Shown: positions 40,055-48,876, numbered from the stretch's first letter. The stretch: 48,876 nucleotides of DNA from Ignavibacteria bacterium (GCA_041694835.1 JBGFRZ010000012.1:1-48876), one strand, 5' to 3'. The notes: a model not told the origin generated them from the letters alone. Translations and numbers: made by a program.

Positions 40055-41251
40055 CTATTTTATTTCCGACTTCAGGGCGGCGATTTTATCGGTTTTTTCC
40101 CATTTGAATTCTTCTCTACCGAAATGACCGTAGGACGCCGTGCGAGAATACACCGGCTTATGTAGTTCAAGCATCTCTATAATTCCACGGGGCGTAAGTG
40201 CAAAGACCTTCCTGACCGCTTTTTCAAGTTTTGCGTTGTCGACGCCAGTGCCCAGGGAATCTAGCATAATAGAGACCGGCTCTGCTACACCAATGGCATA
40301 AGCAAGTTGAACCATGCATTTTTCCGCAAGGCCGGCGGCGACAACATTCTTTGCGATATATCGGGCCATGTAACAAGCAGAGCGGTCAACCTTTGTCGGG
40401 TCCTTCCCCGAAAAAGCGCCGCCTCCGTGAGGCGCCATTCCGCCGTAAGTGTCGACGATGATTTTTCTGCCCGTCATACCCGTGTCCGATTGAGGTCCTC
40501 CGATTACGAATCTTCCCGTGGGATTTATGTAACAGTCGTTTTTGAAACTGAAATTTTTGAGCAAATTTTTCGAGATAACCGGCATTATTACGGAATCTAT
40601 TATCTCATCTTTTGCCCAGTTGGCAAGATTGCCGGTTTTTTTGTCGACAGAATCTTCCGTGTGTTGCGTCGAAAGAACTATTTTGGTAACCCCCGCAGGT
40701 TTTCCGTCGGAGTATTTAACTGTCACCTGAGATTTTCCGTCGGGGCCGATATAACCGAGGAGATTTTTCTTTCTCACTTCGGCAAGACGGTTTGTCAGAC
40801 GATGAGCCAAACTTATGGGAAGCGGCATAAAATCATTGGATTCATTGGTGGCATAGCCGAACATAATACCCTGGTCGCCGGCGCCGATTGTTTTTCCTTT
40901 TTTCGTCACTCCCTGGGAAATATCGGGTGATTGACGGCCGATTGCGTTGAGTATTCCGCATGTCTGATAGTTAAAACCATATTTTGCGTCGGTGTAGCCA
41001 ATGTCTTTTATGACACCTCTGGCAAGGTCTTGAACATCGACAAAAGCGTCGGTCGTTATCTCACCTCCGACTATCAAAAGCCCAACCGTAATATAGGTCT
41101 CGCACGCGACGCGGCACCTGAAATTATTTTTTAACGGCGGGTCTTTTTTGTAGACCTCGTCCAACACCGCATCCGAAATCTGGTCGCAAACCTTGTCCGG
41201 ATGGCCTTCTGTCACTGACTCCGATGTAAAAACATAATCACCGCTGAACAT
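40055..41251 (-). CDS. metK: S-adenosylmethionine synthetase
   Basis: [46 protein letters not shown]. Confidence 0.97.
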   Translation of the reverse strand: MFSGDYVFTSESVTEGHPDKVCDQISDAVLDEVYKKDPPLKNNFRCRVACETYITVGLLIVGGEITTDAFVDVQDLARGVIKDIGYTDAKYGFNYQTCGILNAIGRQSPDISQGVTKKGKTIGAGDQGIMFGYATNESNDFMPLPISLAHRLTNRLAEVRKKNLLGYIGPDGKSQVTVKYSDGKPAGVTKIVLSTQHTEDSVDKKTGNLANWAKDEIIDSVIMPVISKNLLKNFSFKNDCYINPTGRFVIGGPQSDTGMTGRKIIVDTYGGMAPHGGGAFSGKDPTKVDRSACYMARYIAKNVVAAGLAEKCMVQLAYAIGVAEPVSIMLDSLGTGVDNAKLEKAVRKVFALTPRGIIEMLELHKPVYSRTASYGHFGREEFKWEKTDKIAALKSEIK

Positions 41252-41271
41252 CTTCTCCTCCTAATTAAAAA

Positions 41272-41412
41272 CAGTATGTAGTATGTAGAGCGAATTGCTA
41301 TTCGCCGTTTTTTTGCGGGATGGCAATCCCGCCGCTACACTATTCACTATTGCCTATATTCTCTATTATCTATTCTCTACCACCTATCTACTACCTACTA
41401 TCTACTTGCTGC
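41272..41412. repeat. GTAG-type REP doublet embedded in degenerate 7-mer repeat arms
   Basis: REPs at 41284-41305 and 41315-41339, flanked by (AGTATGT)2 and (CTATTCT/CTACCTA)n tracts. Confidence 0.72.
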
Positions 41413-42441
41413 TTAATCAACAAGCAAAATTGTTCCTTCATAGACGGAGATGTCAGAAACAACTTTTGCTCTGTAACCTATTATGCAGTTGTCGAGTTTG
41501 ACATTTTTCGCAACCTCAACGCGCCCCCACAAAATTGAATTCGACACAACGGCGCCTGACGCTATCTTGCATTTTGCGGCTATAACCGTGTGTGGTCCGA
41601 TGATAGAATTTTTTTCGATAACGCAATCGCTTCCAACCACGCAAGGCGCAATCAATTTTGTTCTCTTGTCTATTTTTGCGCCGCGACTTACATAAATCCC
41701 CTTTTTCCTCTCCTCTCCGGGTATATTTAATTTTATTTTTCCGTCGAGAGCATCTCGCTGTCCCTGACGATATTCTTTCAAATTGCCGACATCAGTCCAG
41801 TAGTTATTTATCACGATGCCATAAATGTTTTTTTTCATACTAAGAAGTTTGGGCCAAAGTTGAGAACCAAAGTCATAGAACTCGCCTTTGGGAATATATC
41901 TGAATATCTCGGGCTCAAAAATATAAATACCTGTGTTGACCGTATTTGAAAAGACATCCGACCATCGGGGTTTCTCGATGAACTTTTTGATTCGCCCCGA
42001 TTTGTCGCAGAGGGTTACGCCGTAATCGAATTTCGAATCAACTTCCTTGAGAGCCATCGTAGCAAGCGCCTTTTTTTTTCTGTGAAAGTTCAAAACCCCT
42101 GTCAAGTCCAAATCCGTCAGACCGTCGCCCGAGAGCACAATAAATGTATCGTCGAAAAAATCCTCTTTTTTCTTTACTCCGCCGGCTGTTCCAAGAAGTT
42201 TTTTTTCATAAGAATATTCTATATTTATTCCCAGTTTGGAACCGTCGCCGAAGTAATCCTTTATCATGCCTCCGTAGTAGTGAAGATTCATAACCATATC
42301 TTCGATACCGTGCTTTTTCAAGTTTTCGAGCGTATGCTCTAGAACGGGTTTGTTCACGACGGGAACCATCGGTTTTGGAATGCTGTAAGTTAATGGCCTT
42401 AGTCGCGTTCCCGCCCCTGCCGCCATCACAAATGCTTTCAT
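41413..42441 (-). CDS. NDP-sugar pyrophosphorylase (mannose-1-phosphate guanylyltransferase-like)
   Basis: MAAGAGTRLRPLT..PKPM, LGTAG, EKP, C-terminal hexapeptide repeats. Confidence 0.88.
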   Translation of the reverse strand: MKAFVMAAGAGTRLRPLTYSIPKPMVPVVNKPVLEHTLENLKKHGIEDMVMNLHYYGGMIKDYFGDGSKLGINIEYSYEKKLLGTAGGVKKKEDFFDDTFIVLSGDGLTDLDLTGVLNFHRKKKALATMALKEVDSKFDYGVTLCDKSGRIKKFIEKPRWSDVFSNTVNTGIYIFEPEIFRYIPKGEFYDFGSQLWPKLLSMKKNIYGIVINNYWTDVGNLKEYRQGQRDALDGKIKLNIPGEERKKGIYVSRGAKIDKRTKLIAPCVVGSDCVIEKNSIIGPHTVIAAKCKIASGAVVSNSILWGRVEVAKNVKLDNCIIGYRAKVVSDISVYEGTILLVD

Positions 42442-42473
42442 TATTTTGTCTCTTACGAAAAATTTAACCTATG

Positions 42474-42603
42474 AAACCACAGACGAACACAGATGAACGC
42501 AGAATCCCGCCAAAGGCGGGATGTATTTGGTGGTTTAATAATACCTAACCACAGATTACACGACATGGGCTTGTTATGGATTCCCGCTTTCGCGCAAATG
42601 ACA
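42474..42603. repeat. Mixed palindromic element cluster
   Basis: AACCACAGAY-GAACACAGAT arm, ATCCCGCC-AAA-GGCGGGAT hairpin, GGATTCCCGCTTTCGCG..AATGAC motif. Confidence 0.65.
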
Positions 42604-42610
42604 TTCCGTG

Positions 42611-43987
42611 TCATTTGCGGTTAAAATCGTCGGCTATTCTTATTATGTCGTCCTCGCCTATGTATTTGCCACGGGAAATCTCGAGCAATTTTAGCATTTT
42701 TTTCGAGATATTTTCAAGGCGATGAGTCGTAAAGGCGGGTATTTCGACGAGCCGCCCTTTTTTAAGAATAAACGACCTGTCGTTTTTCACGATTTTTGCA
42801 CTGCCGTCGACAACAAGCCAGTGCTCCGAACGTCTTTTGTGTTTCTGTAAACTCAACTTTTTTCCGGGGAGAACATGTATAATTTTCACTTTATATCCCC
42901 TGCCTTTTTCAAGAACCGTGTAGTCGCCCCACGGACGACTTACACTTTTGTGATATAAACTTTCCTCTTGCTCAGATATTTTTTCCACGACCTCTTTTAC
43001 CCTCTGAGATGCATCTTTGCTCGAGATAAGGAGAGCGTCTTCCGTGTCAACTATGACAATGTCCTTAAGACCCAGTGTGGCTATCAATCTTTTTGAACCC
43101 AGAACGGTTATGTTGTGGCTGTCGATGTCAACGACTTTTCCTTCGAATATGTTGCCGTTAGAATCTGTTTTATAGACCCGCCCCATTGAATTCCAGTCGC
43201 CAAGGTCGTCCCACTTTATATCAAGTTTTGCCGCCACAATATTTTTTGTTTTCTCTATTACGCCGAAGTCAATGGAGATATTTTCAATTTTTTCATAATT
43301 TTTTTTGCTTAGAAAATCACGACGCGAAATCCCTGAATAAACCTCGGGAATAAATTTTTTTATCTCCTCAAGAATTACTGACGGCTTGAAAAGAAAGAGC
43401 CCGGCATTCCAGTAAAAGTTTCTGTTTTTAACATATAATCTTGCTTTTTCGAGGGAGGGTTTCTCGGTAAATTTTCCCACGGTGTATATTCCGTCAACGA
43501 TTTTCTGACCGAATTTTATATAACCGTAGCCCGTTTCAGGTCGGCTGGGCTTTATCCCAAAAATGACTATTTTATTTTTGTTCGCCGCAGATTCGGTTGT
43601 TCTGACGACGGATGCAAATTTTTTATTGTCTTTTATCAGATGGTCGCTCGGACAAAAGAGAGCGGGTTCGTCGCCGCAATTTTCAATGATGTATCTTGAA
43701 GCGAGGGCTATTGCGGGGGCGGTGTTTCTGGCAAGTGGTTCTACGATTATGTTGGATTCAGGATAGTTTATCCCGAGGTCAGCTATGTTTTCTTTTATCA
43801 GAAACTTATGTTCGACATTTGCCACCACCAAAATTTTTTCAGAGGGCATAAACGACGACAACCTCAAAAAGCACTCCTGTAAAAGCGAATACTCGCCGAA
43901 TTTCAAAAGAAATTTCGGCCAATACGCCCTGCTTCTGGGCCAAAGACGTGTGCCGGCGCCGCCTGCTAAAATAACTCCGAACATCAC
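42611..43987 (-). CDS. manC: Mannose-1-phosphate guanylyltransferase / mannose-6-phosphate isomerase
   Basis: ILAGGAGTRLWP, EPLARNTAPAI, PSDH, ETGYGYI, RPWG, LSLQKH cupin domain. Confidence 0.9.
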   Translation of the reverse strand: MMFGVILAGGAGTRLWPRSRAYWPKFLLKFGEYSLLQECFLRLSSFMPSEKILVVANVEHKFLIKENIADLGINYPESNIIVEPLARNTAPAIALASRYIIENCGDEPALFCPSDHLIKDNKKFASVVRTTESAANKNKIVIFGIKPSRPETGYGYIKFGQKIVDGIYTVGKFTEKPSLEKARLYVKNRNFYWNAGLFLFKPSVILEEIKKFIPEVYSGISRRDFLSKKNYEKIENISIDFGVIEKTKNIVAAKLDIKWDDLGDWNSMGRVYKTDSNGNIFEGKVVDIDSHNITVLGSKRLIATLGLKDIVIVDTEDALLISSKDASQRVKEVVEKISEQEESLYHKSVSRPWGDYTVLEKGRGYKVKIIHVLPGKKLSLQKHKRRSEHWLVVDGSAKIVKNDRSFILKKGRLVEIPAFTTHRLENISKKMLKLLEISRGKYIGEDDIIRIADDFNRK

Positions 43988-44006
43988 AAACTCCTATGAT
44001 GATTTT

Positions 44007-44306
44007 TCACCGCAGAGCACAAGGCATTGTAAGGTCCCGTCTTACACGGGACGAGGTACACAAGTGCACAAGAGCACAAGGGCACAAGTCAGAGGACAGA
44101 GGTCAGACGAGAGAAAAAACTCACCTCTCACCTCTCATCTCTCATCTCTATCTTCTATTCGCTATTTGCTATTCACTATTTGCTATTCACTATTTGCTAT
44201 TCGCTATTTGCTATTCTCTATCTTCTTACTTCTGTCTTTCTATCTGTGTTAATCTGTGGTTTCATTTTATCTTTTTTCTCTGCGTTCTTTGCAAACTCTG
44301 CGGTGA
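44007..44306. repeat. Composite 7/8-mer repeat element nested in a TCACCGCAGAG inverted repeat
   Basis: IR at 44007-44017 / 44296-44306; inside are (GCACAAGN)4, (AGAGGWC)n, (CTCTCAY)n and (GCTATTY)n. Confidence 0.85.
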
Positions 44307-44309
44307 TTT

Positions 44310-45251
44310 TTATATACCATCTCTCGCTTTGCGGGACTTAAAATAAAGGAGCGTCTTTTTTAATCCGTCTTCAATTTTTACTTGCGGCGACCAGTTAATA
44401 ACCCTTTTGGCTCTATTGATGTTCAAAAAACTTTTGAAAAGTTCGCCGGTTCTCGGCGGTTTGTTGATTGCCTTTGAAACACTATCTTTCCACTGTAACG
44501 AGAGTAATTCAAATAGTCGATTGACGCTTATAGGCAGGGATGTTCCGATATTTATAATCTCATCATCACCCGCTTCCAATGAAAGCAGATTTGCCCGGAC
44601 GACATCTCCGACATAAACATAATCCCGCATCTGCTCGCCGTCGCCGTAAATAAAAACATCGTCGCCGTTTAGGAGACGCTCTGAAAAAATCGCAACTACC
44701 CCTGCTTCGCCGTGCGGGTCTTGTCGGGGACCATAAACATTTGTGTATCTTAATGAAGTAAATTTTATTCCGTATGTTTTTGCGTAGTAGTTCAGATAAT
44801 ACTCCGAACAGAGTTTTGAAATCCCGTAGGGGGACAGCGGATTTGGTTTGGCAGATTCGTCGGGAGGCGCATCGCCGCATTCTCCGTAAATGGTCCCGCC
44901 CGAAGACGCAAAAATGACTTTTTTTACGCCGTTTTTTTTTGACGCTTCGAGAATGTTTATGATTCCGACGATATTGACATTTGCGTCAAAAACAGGAGCG
45001 GCAACCGATTTTCTCACATCGATTTGAGCGGCATGATGATTTACGACCTCCGGCTTTTCTAATTTAAAAATCTCCGATATCCGTTTTTCATCGCAAACAT
45101 CGGCTTCATAAAACCTCGCTTTCGGATTTATGTTTTCCTTTTTGCCTGACGAGAGATTGTCTATTACGGCTACCGAGTGTCCTTCTTGTATGTATCTGTC
45201 TGCTATGTTTGAACCGATAAAACCAGCCCCGCCGCTGACAAGAATCTTCAT
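44310..45251 (-). CDS. NAD-dependent epimerase/dehydratase (UDP-glucose 4-epimerase-like)
   Basis: GGAGFIG, HHAAQ, YGISK, NVYGPRQ; ATG at 45251 with a GGAG RBS. Confidence 0.88.
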   Translation of the reverse strand: MKILVSGGAGFIGSNIADRYIQEGHSVAVIDNLSSGKKENINPKARFYEADVCDEKRISEIFKLEKPEVVNHHAAQIDVRKSVAAPVFDANVNIVGIINILEASKKNGVKKVIFASSGGTIYGECGDAPPDESAKPNPLSPYGISKLCSEYYLNYYAKTYGIKFTSLRYTNVYGPRQDPHGEAGVVAIFSERLLNGDDVFIYGDGEQMRDYVYVGDVVRANLLSLEAGDDEIINIGTSLPISVNRLFELLSLQWKDSVSKAINKPPRTGELFKSFLNINRAKRVINWSPQVKIEDGLKKTLLYFKSRKARDGI

Positions 45252-45264
45252 TTTCTCTCCACAA

Positions 45265-45798
45265 TTACGGTTCAAGCGCCGCACTTCTTCCTTCAACCAG
45301 AATTTCAAGAGTTCTAACATCCGGAAACTGCCTGACAACTTCCTCGACAGCCGTCCTGAGTTGCCACATTGCCAAAGAGCCGCCGCCGGGTGAAAAATCC
45401 TTTGAAAAATTCAAGGTCAGTTTTTTGTCCCTAAAGGCGATGTTTTTTATTTTGCCGCCGGGAACAAGACTGTAAAGTCTCAGTTGTTTTTCCGCAGGGA
45501 GAGGTCCTTCAAGAAGCATTTGAACAGCGTTTTTTATGTTGGTCACTTCATCGTTTTCGAGAGGGATTTCCCTCTGGAAATAAACCATATCTTCGCCTGT
45601 TTTTGAGCCTTCAAGCCCGAAAGCGATCCAGAATTGAATAACCCTTTTTGTGCCGTAATCGACGATATTTCTCTTCAGACCAAGGGCGGATGTTCTCTGC
45701 GCTATGACAGGTGTTATCTGTGTGTATCTTTTTCGCCCCAGGTAATAGCCGGCAACAAAGAACAGGGCGATTGATATCATTAAAAATGTTCTTTTCAT
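45265..45798 (-). CDS. GerMN-domain protein
   Basis: N-terminal TM, LLEGP, LNFSKDF..GGGS, QFPDV..VEG; ATG at 45798. Confidence 0.72.
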   Translation of the reverse strand: MKRTFLMISIALFFVAGYYLGRKRYTQITPVIAQRTSALGLKRNIVDYGTKRVIQFWIAFGLEGSKTGEDMVYFQREIPLENDEVTNIKNAVQMLLEGPLPAEKQLRLYSLVPGGKIKNIAFRDKKLTLNFSKDFSPGGGSLAMWQLRTAVEEVVRQFPDVRTLEILVEGRSAALEP

Positions 45799-45921
45799 TA
45801 AATAACCCAAAGTGTTTAAGCGTGTTTTGTCAAGGGCAACATTTGACAACATAAGGTGTGACCTTACATCGGGGGAGAATAAATGAAAACACTTATGGGG
45901 TTTTCCTATTTGCTGCGCTCT

Positions 45922-46983
45922 CTATTTTTTCCTGGCAGGAGAACCCGCCGCTTTGCCAATCGTGGCAGTCATTGAGTTGTTATCGCGATTACTCCCGAAA
46001 AATTTATCTCTTACGGCCTTTTCTATCTCTTCGGCGACTTTTGGGTTTTCTTTGAGGTAATTTTTTGCATTATCCTTACCTTGTCCGAGCCTTGTATCGT
46101 TGTACATAAACCACGTGCCCGATTTTTCGACAAGGCCGCCTTCGACAGCGGCGTCGATTAAGCAACCCTCCTGGCTGACGCCTTCACCGTAGAGCATCTC
46201 AAACTCGGCTTGTCCGAACGGCGGCGATACCTTGTTTTTTACCACCTTAACCCGTATCTTGCTGCCTACCGCCTCGTCGCCTTTTTTAATAGTTTCCGTG
46301 CGCCTGATGTCAAGCCTCACGGATGCATAAAATTTCAACGCAAGGCCGCCTGTCGTGGTCTCGGGATTTCCCCACATAACGCCGATTTTTTGTCTTATCT
46401 GATTGATGAAAATTACGCTGGTCTTCGATTTGGAAATGACGGAAGTCAGTTTTCTAAGTGCCTGGCTCATAAGGCGGGCCTGCAGACCAACATGAGCGTC
46501 TCCCATCTCTCCATCTATCTCTGCTCTGGGGACTAGCGCGGCGACAGAGTCTATGACAACGACATCGACGGCTGCCGAACGAACCAGCTTTTCAGCTATC
46601 TCAAGAGCCTGCTCGCCGGAATCAGGTTGCGATATATAAAGGTTGTCTATGTCGACACCAAGCTTCTTTGCGTACTCGGGATCCATGGCGTGTTCGGCAT
46701 CGATGAACGCCGCGACGCCGCCCATTTTCTGAGCCTGTGCCACGATTAAAAGCGTCAGGGTGGTTTTACCGCTTGATTCCGGTCCGTAAATTTCTATCAC
46801 TCGACCGCGCGGAATCCCACCGATGCCTATGGCGATGTCGAGAGGTAATACCCCGGTAGGTATAGCTTCAACCTGAGTCTTCGCATGTTTTTCCCCGAGC
46901 CTCATGACGGCTTCCTTTCCGTGGTCTTTCTCTATCTGAGATATGGCAAGTTCAAGGGCCTTCATTCTCTCTGTGTTAGACAT
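45922..46983 (-). CDS. recA: Recombinase A
   Basis: [35 protein letters not shown] at 46983 follows GGAGG. Confidence 0.97.
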   Translation of the reverse strand: MSNTERMKALELAISQIEKDHGKEAVMRLGEKHAKTQVEAIPTGVLPLDIAIGIGGIPRGRVIEIYGPESSGKTTLTLLIVAQAQKMGGVAAFIDAEHAMDPEYAKKLGVDIDNLYISQPDSGEQALEIAEKLVRSAAVDVVVIDSVAALVPRAEIDGEMGDAHVGLQARLMSQALRKLTSVISKSKTSVIFINQIRQKIGVMWGNPETTTGGLALKFYASVRLDIRRTETIKKGDEAVGSKIRVKVVKNKVSPPFGQAEFEMLYGEGVSQEGCLIDAAVEGGLVEKSGTWFMYNDTRLGQGKDNAKNYLKENPKVAEEIEKAVRDKFFGSNRDNNSMTATIGKAAGSPARKK

Positions 46984-47008
46984 AAAATCCTCCATCCTGA
47001 AATTAACG

Positions 47009-47055
47009 GTTGAATTTCAACGCTTTCATTATATTAAAATTTCAAGCTTTATCAA
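47009..47055 (-). promoter_or_regulatory. Putative recA promoter with downstream palindrome
   Basis: TTGATA-N16-TATAAT (47055-47028) and GTTGAA-T-TTCAAC (47009-47021). Confidence 0.45.
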
Positions 47056-47140
47056 AATTTACAATGTAAAGCGACAAAAAGACATCGCCCGACAGATATA
47101 AAAATGAGACGACCGTTTTTACTTTAATCCTACTGCAACC

Positions 47141-47316
47141 AGCCGATGATGGGATTTGAACCCGCAGACTATCGCTTATTCACCCCGCACCATTTTCAGC
47201 CGAGAGCGAGATTTGAACTCGCGACCTATGGTTTACGAAACCATTGCTCTACCACTGAGCTATCCCGGCAAATGGTGCGGGGCAAGGCGATTACTCTGCC
47301 GTTGAGATGCCTCGGC
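47141..47316 (-). pseudogene. Interrupted, degenerate tRNA-Thr(UGU)
   Basis: The 5' half (47283-47316) and 3' half (47141-47178) rejoin into a cloverleaf with ATCGC-CTTGTAA-GCGAT; mismatches in the acceptor, D and T stems. Confidence 0.75.
47198..47269 (-). tRNA. tRNA-Thr(CGU)
   Basis: GCCGGGA/TCTCGGC acceptor, ATGGT-TTCGTAA-ACCAT anticodon arm, canonical D and T arms. Confidence 0.95.
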
Positions 47317-47317
47317 G

Positions 47318-47518
47318 AATAAAAATGCCGCAGGAAAATCTGCCTGTCGCACAAGTTAGGTGTCGACGCAGCATTTTAATAAAAAATGCCGCAGGAAAAT
47401 CTGCCTGTCGCACAAGTTAAGTGTCGACGCGACATTTTAATAAAAAATGCCGCAGGAAAATCTGCCTGTCGCACAAGTTAAGTGTCGACGCAGCATTTTA
47501 ATAAAAAATGCCGCAGGA
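47318..47518. repeat. 61-bp tandem repeats carrying the tRNA-Phe 3' end
   Basis: TGCCGCAGGA recurs at 47326, 47387, 47448 and 47509; the units are near-identical. Confidence 0.9.
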
Positions 47519-47581
47519 CGGAATCGAACCGTCGACACTCGGTTTTTCAGACCGATGCTCTACCGACTGAGCTACCGCGGC
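47509..47581 (-). tRNA. tRNA-Phe(GAA)
   Basis: GCCGCGG/CTGCGGC-A acceptor, TCGGT-CTGAAAA-ACCGA anticodon arm, TTCGATT loop. Confidence 0.95.
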
Positions 47582-47641
47582 ATTACTTCTATTTCAAACA
47601 AACTTGAATATTCTTTACCTGAATTTAACACGCAGTAAAAA

Positions 47642-47765
47642 TCAGTCGGTAGAGCGAGCTCTTCCGGGGCGCTCACTAACTCGCGCCCTTCGCCAAACTC
47701 GTTGCGACTTATTCGTCGCAACGGCGAACCAACTGAGCTACCGCGGCATTCGGTATTTCAAACAA
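47642..47765 (-). pseudogene. Fragmented duplicate of the tRNA-Phe 5' end with inserted hairpins
   Basis: GCCGCGGTAGCTCAGT plus leader at 47729-47765 duplicates 47566-47600; inverted D-arm piece at 47642-47655. Confidence 0.6.
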
Positions 47766-47781
47766 TTTTTGGGGGAGGGGA

Positions 47782-48030
47782 TTATTTTTTTTCGTATGCC
47801 TTCTTTCCCGCTGTCACCGCCGACTCTATCCTATCCTTCTCGTCGCACGCTTTTTCTTTAATATCCGAGACGAATTCATCGACGCTCTCTCTTAAATCGT
47901 CGGCTACGTCCTTGAGCTTTTTTCTCGTCTCTTTACCGGAGGAGGGGGCGTACAAAACCCCTATGGCCGCGCCGATAATACCGCCGAGTAAAAAAGCAAG
48001 GATGGTCTCCCCTGAAGATCTTTCAGACAT
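47782..48030 (-). CDS. YtxH-domain protein
   Basis: FLLGGIIGAAIGVLYAPSSGKETRKKL; ATG at 48030 follows GGAGG. Confidence 0.88.
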   Translation of the reverse strand: MSERSSGETILAFLLGGIIGAAIGVLYAPSSGKETRKKLKDVADDLRESVDEFVSDIKEKACDEKDRIESAVTAGKKAYEKK

Positions 48031-48068
48031 AACCCACCTCCTGTCCCGGTCAGATGCCGGGACCAAAA

Positions 48069-48365
48069 TTAAGATTTTGTTTCATTTTCCCTGTGCTTTC
48101 TTTTAAAAATACCCCGGCTTAACACAGCGCCGATGATGCCGGTTAAAAATTTTGCAACCGTAGAGAATGTCATGCCGCCCAAAAACCTTGCGGCACCCTC
48201 CAACGATTTAAGTTCGCCGTTCAGAGTTTTTATTATTAATTCAGCCTCCGAAGCGGCCTTCTTCAACTGCACCAAGGTGAGAATCCAAAAGATCATTGCG
48301 GTAACTATCGAAACGGTCAGCAATATGAGACAGATTATCAGTATTAAATTCATTCTCGCCTCCAT
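48069..48365 (-). CDS. DUF948/YoxC-like membrane protein
   Basis: N-terminal TM helix plus coiled coil, directly upstream of the YtxH gene. Confidence 0.55.
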   Translation of the reverse strand: MEARMNLILIICLILLTVSIVTAMIFWILTLVQLKKAASEAELIIKTLNGELKSLEGAARFLGGMTFSTVAKFLTGIIGAVLSRGIFKRKHRENETKS

Positions 48366-48368
48366 CTG

Positions 48369-48749
48369 TTATTTTTTTGAGCTGGTCAGTTTCTCTATCT
48401 TTTCAAGTAAATCTTTTACTTCAAATGGTTTCGATATAAATTCGTCGGCGCCGAACAAGAATGCGTCGTGTTTCGTTTCTTCATCGTCATAAGCCGTAAC
48501 AATAATTATGGGAATGTCAGCGGTTGATGGAGCGCTCTTCATATGCCGGCAGAGACTGATACCGTCTATACCAGGCATGCTGGCATCTATAAGCACTATA
48601 TCGGGCAGAGTTTTCGACAACGCTGTTCTCGCCTCGTTTTCATCTTCGCACAAATCGACAAGATAATTATTGTCTTCCAACGCCGTTCTTAAAAAATCCA
48701 AAATAGCGCGATCGTCATCAATAGCCAGAACCCTTTTTATATTCGTCAT
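48369..48749 (-). CDS. Single-domain response regulator
   Basis: AIDDD, PDIVLIDASMPGIDG, TA, ISKPF; ATG at 48749. Confidence 0.9.
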   Translation of the reverse strand: MTNIKRVLAIDDDRAILDFLRTALEDNNYLVDLCEDENEARTALSKTLPDIVLIDASMPGIDGISLCRHMKSAPSTADIPIIIVTAYDDEETKHDAFLFGADEFISKPFEVKDLLEKIEKLTSSKK

Positions 48750-48876
48750 TGTTTTTATTTTGAGAGTGTTGAAAAAGTCAGTATTTAGCAAAGCCAGCGC
48801 CATTTAGCCGGTAGGTTTAGCAATTTATGTTTGAAAAATTGCTGACAGTTCTTTCAATTTCTGAATTTTCTCTCAA

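Noticed and set aside
41252-41412. SAM riboswitch upstream of metK
   Set aside because: No recognisable SAM-I/II consensus; the region is explained by a REP doublet and heptamer tracts.
43996-44346. Plus-strand ORFs over repeat tracts (also 31402-31949, 33920-34234, 36092-36361, 41295-41538)
   Set aside because: Low-complexity products of 7/8-mer repeats and hairpins; no independent coding evidence.
47318-47518. CRISPR array
   Set aside because: The 61-bp period is CRISPR-like, but the units are near-identical along their whole length (no unique spacers), include the tRNA 3' end, and no cas genes are present.
48762-48779. GAGAGTGTTGAAAAAGTC resembling the MITE end at 4272
   Set aside because: No partner inverted end lies within the window, so it cannot be supported.

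Overview
A bacterial chromosome segment with almost all genes on the minus strand. The gene content and order suggest Elusimicrobiota or a related diderm lineage (inference, not searched). It holds a complete outer-membrane/lipid A operon (bamA-skp-lpxD-lpxC/fabZ-lpxA-lpxI-Gfo/Idh/MocA-lpxB-msbA), argH, an AT-rich methyltransferase/GT2 remnant, gpsA-plsY-der-pgsA-hflX-miaA, tRNA-Arg, mutL-PilZ-mutS-slt-miaB, an M6 protease and a TraF-like barrel, ahcY/metK, nucleotide-sugar genes, recA, tRNA-Thr and tRNA-Phe. The notable content is at the gene junctions, many of which carry short palindromic or inverted tandem-repeat elements of several families, often nested inside one another. (1) Two four-helix-bundle (IVP/Avd-like) genes are each enclosed by inverted 8-mer repeat arms, and gene-less 7/8-mer versions occur nearby, some encoding signal peptides or an AhcY loop. 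(2) A CCCCG...CGGGG palindrome family sits at stop/start overlaps. One member encloses an intact tRNA-Thr(CGU) inside the anticodon loop of a decayed tRNA-Thr(UGU). (3) There are GTAG-type REP doublets with covarying stems, a MITE with a 5-bp target duplication, and 61-bp repeats built on the tRNA-Phe 3' end. No transposase, integrase, reverse transcriptase or CRISPR array is visible in the window.
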